DNA of 64,000 nucleotides from Diadema antillarum (lineage: Eukaryota): NCBI RefSeq assembly GCF_040938485.1, contig NW_027271046.1:496001-560000 (forward strand). The letters run 5' to 3'. The translations under genes and the position numbers were made by a program. Positions 13,824 through 24,800 of the stretch are shown here, piece after piece (within the stretch, counting starts at the first letter, position 1; every line of letters begins with the position of its first letter). Under the pieces are notes generated by a model. That model did not search any database. It was not told the origin of the DNA and was given only the letters and a program-made list of their open reading frames with translations.

Positions 13824-15666
13824 CTAATGTCTTGGGTTGTTTTCATATACAGCACTGCTTCAGGATATTAACCAGAGGAAACGCATTTCATATCGTTAAT
13901 TAGATAAAACACGCATTTTTTGGTAAACAACAATTGGCATGCTCTGTCTGGAATTTTCGCCAAAGGGAAGTGGGCTAAAAATAATACACATTTATGTATC
14001 TAGTTCTCTACCTCCGGGATGACTTGATTTTCGCATCATCTCCGTCAAGAAACTGATTGACAACCGATATATATTTTTTTTTTGGGTCGATTTTCAACTC
14101 CCAACTTCAGCTAAAGGCGACATTTTTATAAAGAGGAAATATGACTGCCACTTCTTTGATGAGGCCCTCATATCCTGAAGTTTTAAATCCTGGGAGAAAT
14201 TTGCTTTGAATTACACGATCATAACGATAGAAATGAAGAATATTAGTTAGAATCTGGTGGATGCGCGACGGGCGATGAGAAAACTTGGATAGGATGTTCG
14301 AACTAATCACCCTGATCACAAAAAAAAAAAGAAAAAAAATGCACAGGGGAGCCTCTTTTTTTTTTTTTTTTTTTTGGGGGGGGGGGGGGGGTCCACGTAC
14401 TTTGTCTTATTCTAAACCCTGCCATAAAAATCCTAGTTACGGGCCTGCACTGTATTGAAATTTAGTTATAACCGTAGGCCTACAAATACATTACATGAAA
14501 TAATATAGATGATAAATTGGAACTTCATTTTTACTTCATTGTATGTGGAATTTCGTTATAACCATATTTGTTTTAACAGGAGTGCACTTTAGATACAAAT
14601 GAGCAGTATCCTTCGCATCCCATACTTGAAGACTTGTGATAGCCTATAAATGACAATGGGGGGGGGGGGGGGGTAGGGGGGCTTTGTACCATAGTAGTTG
14701 CTGAATCATTGAACAATAACATACTTTAATTTGTTGCTGTTGTTTTCAAAATACAAATGAATGCAAGATTTGTAAGGTGATAACACCACTGTCTCACCTA
14801 ACTTGTCTTTGTGGTTTCATTAGGTGTACGTGTAGTTAGTGAAAACGTGTAAAACTTCAAATTTCCATATCGTCAGCCGAGAACCAGAAAGGCGTTACAT
14901 GTACTGCAATTTTGAAGGGGTACTGAACTACTGGTACATGTACCACGTTGTAGAGCTCAATCTCCTCTACATTATGGTGTTAGTTCTAAATCATTTTCAT
15001 TTAAAAAAAATGTTAATAATCAAAACCACAATGGTGCTATTTACCCAATATTTAGAACAATGTTTATAAAATCTACCCACTTTTGATATAAATCAAATTT
15101 TAAAATTGATTGTTTCATTTTTATCTTTGGTCAAATCTTAAATGTGATAGCGCCCCTGTTATTCCTAGTTGATAATATATTCATATTTTAGATTTTCAAA
15201 AAGGAATGGTACAGTTTTGGTCGAGATAGAATTGAGGTTTCCAATATTTTTTGATGATTATTTTTTTAGCTAATGAGAAACCTCTTATGAAATATGAAAG
15301 AGCATATAATTCTAAGAGGGATTTAATATTTATTTTCATGAAAATTGGTTTTAAGCTGCTTGCGATATCCAAAACAAAGCGATTCTAATAAAAGGTGGGA
15401 CCTTTTTCTTAGGATCGTTTTGTTTTACTTAGTTTTTAGATACCTCAGCCATTTTAAAACCAATTCCCATCAAATAAACTTAGAATTCCTCTTAGAATTT
15501 TATTTTTTTTTCCCAAACATTTCACACAGTGGTTTCTGAGTATCTTGCAAAAAGTTAAAAGATGAGTTCTCACCTCAACCAATACTTCACCATCCCTTCC
15601 AGATGCAATTTGACCAGTCTGTTTGACTGATTTTATTCATTTCACTATTAAAAGTCAACATGTTCA

Positions 15667-15950
15667 CAGAGACTCCAACCCAAAGCATCTTCTGATCTGG
15701 AGATTCTCCCTAGCAAATGGGAGACTCCAAGTTGATGTGTGCGAAGTTCCCAGGGTTCTAGATGCTCTCCGGTGCTATCGAAGGCTTAATTTTTCAACAT
15801 ACAATAGCAATGAGTAAGAAATCCTTTCCAACGGGAGACACAGAGCCAGGGTGGGAGAAATTAAATCTCAAGCGGGAGAATAGGAGATTTTGCAAAAATC
15901 GGTTTTCGGTGGGAGATCTCCCGTCGAAAACGGGAGAGTTGGAGTCTCTG
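15667..15950. mobile_element. hAT-like MITE with apparent 6-bp TSD
   Basis: Perfect TIR CAGAGACTCCAAC, flanked by TGTTCA on both sides; internal GGGAGA repeats. Confidence 0.75.
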
Positions 15951-17799
15951 TGTTCATGCTGTACATTTTTGCTTTTCACATAAAACAATCACAGAAGAAG
16001 ACTTTCATTCGGTCCAAACAACACTCCCAGAACAATAACTGAACCTTTTGAAAACTTTGGTATTCATTTATACAATTGTACAATCTTGTACAAATATATT
16101 TCAATGTTGACCACAGTAGTGTCACAATGTAAAAAGCTGTTGGAAAAACATTCCACAGTCAATTGAGAGACAAGTCCAACACTAAAGTACATGTCAAAAC
16201 ATTCAAAAATGCTACTACACAAAACAATAAACTTGTAACATGATGCTCTTCAAAGACAACAATGAGTTTTGGAATAAGTCAGTTGAGAACAATAAGATCC
16301 CTAATGCTGTACATTAACATCACTCTGGCTTTGAATCTGTGAATACTCTAAGCACATTTCGGAAAATTTGGGCCTTGCTTTGACTGGGCATATTGGCATA
16401 ACTGATTCAAAATGGAAAAAGGACATAAATTTTATTTTGATACAGGTCAAGAAGTGTTGAAAGACTACATGACATTTTGAAGTTTATACTGGAACTTGCT
16501 TAATTAGCAAAGTTGAAGAAGCTCCTTTAAAATTGTGATCTTAACACTTGTACCAACAGAAATAATTCCTTGAGAGCCAAAGTTAAGTTATGCTGATGTT
16601 TTATGCTGTTTCATTGAGCATTATACACTGTACTGTATCAAAAACATTCAATATGCCAGTAACAAGATTTACAAACTATGTACAATCTTTCAAAATGCAC
16701 TCTATGAATGAACAGGCTTGTAACATTCCTAATCCTCCAAATGTACATATGAGACAAATTTTTATCTACACCATAAACTTCCATGTAGCTGACATTAAAT
16801 CACAATGACTATTCATGTTGTAAGCTAGGGTTTCCCATTTGTACAATGTAATGCTCAATGAGTTCATACCTCCAAACCTGCAAAATTAACTGTCAAACAT
16901 GCAATGTAATGCTCAATGACAATTCTGCATATATATTCACATTCGAATTAGATATTTATGATGTAATTATCTGAAAGGGCATTTGGATCTTTAGATTAGC
17001 TGAACAGTCTTGGTATGAGACTAGTAAAAAGAGCTGCACAATCTGGCAGCCAAAGTTCAAGTTCTTGAATATCTTTTTCTCAAGAATTTTCTTGGGGATA
17101 AGTGATGTGCTGATGGGGTTCACATCAAACTCATACCACAATTTCCTCCTAGTTGGTGAGAATATTGTCTTAATATGCAACACATACTTTAATAATTCCT
17201 TTTTAGATCAGTACAAGTGTATTAGGATGCAGCATGTGAATGGAACATCAATATGGACTATTTTTTGTTGCTGGATTGTGGGCTGATATCCAAACAATAC
17301 AAGGAGCACACACTTTTCAAAGAACATTGCTCTGGAAACACAAGGCATTATCTCACTGATATGCTGCAGTCACATGACCTCTTAATCTTACTTATATTTG
17401 ACCATCTTTTGCATTTGAAGATAAGTTAAAAAACAATCCCCTTATTTTTTGTTCTAATTGCCTTCCCTAGGAAAAAAAAACTAATCATAACAGGATATTA
17501 AATAACATAAATAATAAATAACCCTCCAGTGTCTTCAGAGAAAAATACCCATCATACATTCTCCTGACTTTGAAACAAAATAAAAAGCTGCCCATCATGA
17601 ATCACTATCAAATATGTGACTGAAAACATTATCCAAATAATTACGGCAAAATTCCATTTGAACTGCTAAATGAGGGAGGTGGGCAAGGCATGGAGCACTG
17701 AGAAGTCGGGTGTAGACTCTGATGGAACCGAGACTGGCTTGGTACTAAGTTTACGCCTGTAGTATGCTTCACTCAAAACAGCACTGAAGACCTCACTCC

Positions 17800-17826
17800 T
17801 CAGAATGAACCCATCTGCATACCCTC
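17800..17826 (-). CDS. Candidate alternative terminal coding exon of STAG (EGMQMGSF*)
   Basis: Strong acceptor tttttattttctgcag. In phase 0 (matching the donor at 24795) it reads EGMQMGSF-stop and is followed by about 1.7 kb of AT-rich UTR-like sequence. Confidence 0.4.
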   Translation of the reverse strand, partial: EGMQMGSF

Positions 17827-18808
17827 CTGCAGAAAATAAAAATACAACAGAAATCTTTGTCTCATTATATAGCCCAGTGAACTCTGCTGACAGGGGGGGG
17901 GGGGGGGGGGGGGAGTGAAGGAGCAAGATTTACTGATCAAATAAAAAAGTCCTTGACTGTGTCCTCGCAATGTAAAACAAGGAATGTTCGCAGAAATTTC
18001 AATTTCGTGAATTTTGCGAGAGCCAAGATTTGCAAAATTAAAAATGCTCATGAAAGTTCTTGTCTACACTACATGCACTGAATGTTAGAGGCAACTCGCG
18101 AAGATTTTGTGCCGTAAAATAGGCAATTGGCTCCAAGTTGCAAAAATGTCATGCCGCGAAAATATTGTGTTTTACAGTACATGTCTGTTGTACTTTCAAG
18201 ACTCAAAGAACTCCACTGCCTGTAAAATCTACACATTTCATACCTCCAGACATCTCTTTTTTCCCCCTCTCTTTTTCTTTGTTGTTGATTTTCTAAATAA
18301 TTGTCAGCAGTGGCATATTTTCAATGCTTATGCCAAAGAGTGGTGACACAAAAAAGCAGCTAGCTAACTGTATGGGTAGGGAATGAGGTGGGGGTGGAGG
18401 GACTGAGATGCATTGTACTGACATGACTGAACTCTGACCTGTCAGGTATCATAAAATACTGCAAGTTTTCAGGCAACAATGTTGACAAACCAAAAGCTTG
18501 TCACTCATATTTCACTAGACGGGAGTCGATGACATTCCAATGCATGACCTGCAATGCACATCTGACTAGTTTTAACAGCTCAGGCTGATCAGGCATGTTT
18601 ACTACCAGAGTAAATGTTGCTTGCCAGGAAAATGAACATGTTTTACATCTTGAAATTGTTGTCTGTAGGTAAATGAAGCTTCTACTGTATAGCAAAACTT
18701 TATCAGTAAACCAAGACGTGTATAGATTAGCTTCTCATGTTCGACAAATGATTCTTGACTGCTAATAAAATTAACACAAATACATGACAACTGTCTTATA
18801 ATCTACAC

Positions 18809-19032
18809 CAGGGATGCCAACTTTGTAAACAGAATTACAGTATTTTTGACGGCTGAAAAGGTGTATTTTTGGTGGAAAAACAGCATTTGTACATGTACCT
18901 TTTCTGCATAGACATGTGTAGTGCAGTCTAACAAATTTTGGGAAAAACAACATTTTCCATGAAACCTGCAGTATTTTGGTCAGAAATAAAAAGGTACATT
19001 ACAATGACGAAGAGGTACAGTTGGCATCTCTG
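18809..19032. mobile_element. hAT-like MITE with apparent 6-bp TSD
   Basis: TIR CAGGGATGCCAACT / AGTTGGCATCTCTG, flanked by CTACAC on both sides. Confidence 0.75.
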
Positions 19033-19498
19033 CTACACCCTACCTGATTGGTATTCTCGCTGAGCTGATAACTCTTCATTCACACAAGTTAAATGTACAG
19101 ACTTAAAATCTACTCCCTTGAATGGGCTCACAACAATATTTGAAAATGAAAAATCAAACCAAAACTCTACAAGAAAACATAATAAAACTTAAACTAAATC
19201 AAAGAATCATCTCAAATCCTGATTAGAAGCTTGAAATATATGCTGATGGCTCTGAAATTTTGTTACAGCAGCATCTCAAACATCACCGATATGTAATTAA
19301 AGATTTGAATAAGGGCTGTGATCAACGTCTACAAATATATAACATACGAATATTTTATATCAACACGCAAAAGACAAAAAATGCCAATTCTGAAACAAAA
19401 TTGTCATACAAATATTATCGAGATGACTTCTTATGACCAAAAATGTGATTACATTCAGAAGGAATGAATATAAGAAAAGAACAGCCTGTGTGACGTTC

Positions 19499-20668
19499 AA
19501 CAAGGCAATCACCAAATTGTGTCTCGCCCATTCGCGTACAAGGAATTAATATTTGTTATAACTCCCAGAAGTTAATTGACCTGCTTATGACCTTTGACCT
19601 TGTGGTGACCTTCAACACCCTAAGGGACATTTACCATCCAAGTTTGGGCACAAACGGACAAAGGGATCAAAAGAAATGAGCCATAATCGAAACGCGTCAT
19701 AAAAACTTAACATTGGGCCCTAAAAATTTGTTGACCCCTTTCTGTGACCTTTGACCTTGTGATGACCTTTAACTCCCCAAGGGACATCTACCCTCCAAGT
19801 TTGGTCACAAACGGACATAGGGATCAAAAGTTATGAGCCACAATCAAAACGCGCCCTAAAAACATGACACTGGGCCCTAAAAGTTTGCTGACCCCTTTCT
19901 GTGACCTTTGACCTTGTGACGACCTTAATCTCCCCAAGGGACATCTTTCATCCAAGTTTGGTCACAAACGGACAAAGGGATCAAAAGTTATGAGCCATAA
20001 ACGAAATGCGCCCTAAAAACTTAACATTGGGCTCTAAAAGTTCGTTGACCCCTGTCTGTAACCTTTGACCTTGTGGTCACCTTCAACTTCCCAAGAGACA
20101 TCATCTCTGACCATCACCCAAGTTTGATTGCCATTGTAGCAACATGTGTCGAGTTACATGTGATAAGAGAGTCTTGCAAGTAAACTTTAACGTATGACCT
20201 CAAATGACCTTTGACCTTATCCTGTGACCTCCAACGGCACCATAACATGAAGGTACCCCTAGTGCATCTATGACCCAAGTTAGGTTGAAATCCAAGCAAC
20301 TTATGTGAAGTTATTTGTCAAAAGAGAGTCTTGCAGGTAAACTTTAACATAGAAAAGAGAGTCTTGCACATACTCTTTAATATATGACCTCAAAATGACC
20401 TTTGACATCATCACATGACCTCTGACAACACCATAACATGAAGATACCCCTAGAGCTTCTATCACCCAAGTGTGGCTGCCATTGCTGTAACAGTTGCCAA
20501 GTTATGCATCATAAGAGAGTCTTGCAGGTAAACTTTAACATTTGTGACGGACGACGGACGACGGACGGACGACGGACGACGGACGACGGACGGACGACGG
20601 ACGGACGACGGACGGACGCCATTTGGATCCCTTAGTCTCGCCTTCACCTCCGGTGGGCGAGACAAAAA
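19499..20668 (+). mobile_element. Helentron-type non-autonomous element (HINE/DINE-1-like) with internal 157-bp tandem array
   Basis: Subterminal IR GTCTCGCCCA (19521-19530) / TGGGCGAGAC (20654-20663), 3' stem-loop GTCTCGCC...GGCGAGAC, (GACG)n near the 3' end, GACCTTTGACC units at 19589, 19746, 19903, 20060. Confidence 0.8.
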
Positions 20669-21846
20669 TGTTTCCAGAAGGTCAGTGAATGAAAGGGAGG
20701 ATGTAAAATGACTTGACAAATCTACATTTCAGGTGCTGAATATCATCAGAAGAGAGTTTTCTCCGCTACTTGTCAGTTACATATTCAGTTGTCTCATTGG
20801 CAAATTAAGTACAGTATTGTATAAGCTGTTATTTTCACATACAGATATTTTCGCGAACAGGGAGGTCACAGACATTTTCATGAGATGTTGTTTTCGTGAA
20901 TTGACACTGTGGCTATCGTAAGTGCACTAGATTACTCTAGGGCATGACAACATTTTTGAGTGTTGCTAGCATCATTAACCAACAATAATTGACAAAATTC
21001 TCGAAAAATTAAACTCGTCTGAAAATAACAGCATACACAGTAATCAAACATCCTTTCTATCTATAACTAAATCTATGACACACAGAAGGAAATATGGTAT
21101 TCAACACAGCAGAAAGACAATTTTATTGAAATGTTCTGCTGAATTTGAGAAGAAAAGAAAGATTAACCTTTCAGGAAAATCATCAAAACACAAACACTTC
21201 ATCTTTGAACAATTTGCTCTACATCCATGCATTAGAACATTAATACAAAACCAATGAGAAGAAAATTGATTAGTAAAAAAAAAACAGTAAACAAAGCATA
21301 CACACAAATTCTCACATACGAGATGCCAAAAACTTGTGAAGAAAGAACCAAAAAAAAAAACAACCACCTTACTTTGATGGAAACAAAGCGGGTGGTAATG
21401 CATTCTTTGAATCAAATGATATCACAAGCCATTATAATTTCAAACCAATACGCATCTAAATCACTGTATCTATTATTATCATGAGCGGTGAAAAGTTTGC
21501 TCATCGTGAAAGAAAACCGTTATATTAGTAATCTCAAGATCTGTCAAAAGCAAAAATGAAAAGTATAATGCTTTAAATATTGGTCAGCCATCAAACATCG
21601 TCAGCCAACAACGGTAAGCAGCCAAAACAAAGCAAAAACTGCCAACAGCCATCTGTTAAAAAGAATGGAAAAGAGAAAAAGTAACATTAAAACATGTGTA
21701 TCAGCTGAACGATGTTTGCTGATTAATCAATGTGGAATGTCATGCTTCTGATTATCTGTTCCCAACACAACAAACTGTAAGAAAAGAATGAAAAAGAATG
21801 GGAAACAAACAGAGAAGCTGAGGTGTTGATAGAGGGTACAGCTTGC

Positions 21847-24800
21847 CTAGAAGAAATCCTCCGAGGAGTCGTAATCTTGCACAAGCTGTGCCATGTCGTC
21901 CTCCTCCACACGTGGCAAAATCAGCCGCCTGCTCCTCCTCGTTTTCCGCGGCGGGCCCATCCTGCCGCGGGCTCCATTATGGTTCTCTCTGCCATAGTCG
22001 GAGCCTGCTCTAGTGGCCCGGCCCATGCTGGAGAAAGCCAGAGCTTTCTGCTTCCTCTGAGGAGGCGGAGTTTCCCGCGGTGTGGACCTGTAACGCGACG
22101 ACTACAAAGCAAAATGTGGGAAGCAAGAACCCTGTTTGGTGTAATTAGATCTTTTACGAGGTGTGAGAAGTTCCACTGCTGCACCACTCAGAACTCTCAA
22201 GCTGTGGAATAGAGAGAAGGGTTGTCAATCCATCCTTCACTATGTAGTAGGTCTAGGAAACTCTTATAAAAACTAGCGAAGCACTCTGAGAGTGCAGACC
22301 TCCGCCAAGCATGCAGCTCATTTCCACCACTGATCTTGTTCTTCCACAGAGATATCAGTGATTTCCACCCATACATACTTATACTTCATGCTGAAAGTGT
22401 TTATAATAGTGCGCTGAAAGTCTCCCGATTTCCCAATATAGAAGCCTTTGTTACGTCATAAATCCTCAGCTGCACAGCGCACCTAGCCCTAGCAGAAACT
22501 AGACCACGCACTTTAGTGCGCGCATGCAAACCTCAAATACGTGCAGCCTGAACTCCCAAGTTCATTGACCCTACCTGCCAAAATATCAAAAATCCTTCAT
22601 AAATTCCCGAAAAATTCTCGCATCACTACCAAAAGTTAATCGTTTGTTACTTGTATCGTTCTAAACCTTTCCTGCAAGTTTCATCCAAATCCGTTCACTA
22701 CTTTTTGAGTTATTTTGCACATGGACAAACGAATGAACGAACGAACGAACGAACGAACGACCAAAGCAACGGTAATGAAAACATAACCTCCCCCTTGGCG
22801 GAGGTAATGAAATGTGAGTACAGATGCTTCAGGAAGTTGACGAAGTTCCTGTAGACTTTCCTAAATAGAACATTTATGAAGAACAGCTACACACATGATT
22901 TCTTTTGGGAACACTGCCTAAAATTTCCCTGGGTGATGTTGATGTAGAAGCTGCTGGTGGCATTGAGAGGTTATAAAACAAAGAAAAAAAAAGGTGTAAT
23001 CAGTGTCTAAAGATGCCATGTCTGAGGTCTCTATCTACAGACAAAGGACTCACTCGTATTGACACTAGTAATTAACTCCAGTGCACTTTTCATGAACCGC
23101 AAATGAATAAAAGAACATGCTAATCTGAGATGAAAGAATAGGTTTGAGGGATCAGTAAACAGAAGCACTGCAAGTGGTGAGACGGTATACACATCACATG
23201 CACTCACGCACTATTAAACAGTGTATCCCCTGCTTACTAACTAAATCATTACATCCCCTAATAGAAAAGAAAAAAAAAAAGATATGGGTCAATCATCAAA
23301 TTTAAAATCTATGTGTCTTGATGCAATATTGCCGACTTCCATTATTCTGCATTCCTGCAGGAGTAATCATTTTATGTTAACCAAAGGTTTGGGGTCATAA
23401 CCTTTTACTTTTATGACAGTCTGACATTTGGAGTTATTCCTTTTTAGTTTCTTTGCTTTTTCATTTTACCATTTAGTGGACTCACATTTCTTTAGTGGAA
23501 GATTATTTTTCTCTATACTTAAACTTTTCATAATACATGTAGTCAGCAGTAACATTGATACTGTAAGATTATCATGAACAGAATGTGGTTAATGACTGTG
23601 CCACAATTCATAATCTAATGATGTTTCTATAGTTGTTGCTAAGAAGTTTTACATGCTTTTCTGTGCTTCTGATGTACAGTATAAGTTAGTGTTCCTCTAG
23701 TTCTGAACTGGCTATATACTGTATACAGCACATATTTTGTTGGATTTTTATTTTCGGAAATTTCACAAATCAGACTTATTTGTGAATTTTGAAACGCACA
23801 AAAATATCACTTCAGATCCTGACATAATGTGCACGTGTACATTTCTCCATTCATTGCTGTATTCCATGATCACGAATTCAAATTGCTGAGAAGTCCTGAT
23901 TTGCAAAAACCTAGACTCGCTGAATACATGGCTCATACAGTGCTCCATTTGCCATGTGTATTACACTTGTAGACACAGGGCCTCATCTTTGTCAGGTCCT
24001 CATGAGACAAGGGGAATGAGGGAGCATCTCAGACCATTTCATCAACATCACAGGGAAGGGAAAGGGTAGGGGGAAGAACAAGATAGACAACATATGATTT
24101 CAAACAAAGTCAACCAACCAATGGTGATATAGGTAGTTCAATGTTGTTTTTGTTGTTATTGTGTTGTTTTTTTAATCCTTTGTCTGGTCTCTAAAGGAAA
24201 CCAAACCCCAAAGAGAAATGTGGATTGAGTGGAAGCACCAACATTAGTAGAATACATCAGTGGAAGTTTGAGAAAAGCGGACAATCGATGGAAAAGTTAT
24301 GAATTTGTAAAGTTTTTGTGTTGGAACTGCTTGATGAGGAGACTACCTGAGTTTATGACATCATGTTTATGGACAACAATAATATAGAAAATAAAAAGAA
24401 AATTAAACATGATTTCACTTTTTTAGCATAATGACAGAGCACTTGACTAACGCTCTCAGAAAGCATAGGGAATAATTACTACCCTTAACGTATGTCAGTA
24501 TCAAGTTGATGGAATGTGTAATTTTCATGAAAAATTAATTTTTGTGGAATTCCCATTATATTTTCTTTATATTGTTGTCCACACATGACATTATGAACTC
24601 TAGTAGTCTCCTCATCCAGCTGTTCCCCCCATAAAAAAAAAAAACTTTAAAAATTCATTACTTTTGCAGCGATTGTCCGATTTTCCTCAAACTTTCATTG
24701 ATGTGTTCTGCTAATGTTGCTGCTTTCACTCAATCCACAATTTCTCTTTAGGTTTTAGTTTCCTTTAAGGGGGTGAGATTTGCACCGTCACTTACCAAGA

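Noticed and set aside
18505-18662. Possible extra minus-strand exon (TTISRCKTC...)
   Set aside because: Reasonable acceptor but weak donor (gtgaca) and no recognisable peptide; cannot be supported without reads.
19589-20100. CRISPR-like array (also 61083-62275)
   Set aside because: Units are similar along their whole length with no unique spacers, and the context is eukaryotic.
21823-22212. 129-aa plus-strand ORF and 88-aa minus-strand ORF
   Set aside because: Antisense or off-frame shadows of the STAG exon 21847-22101.
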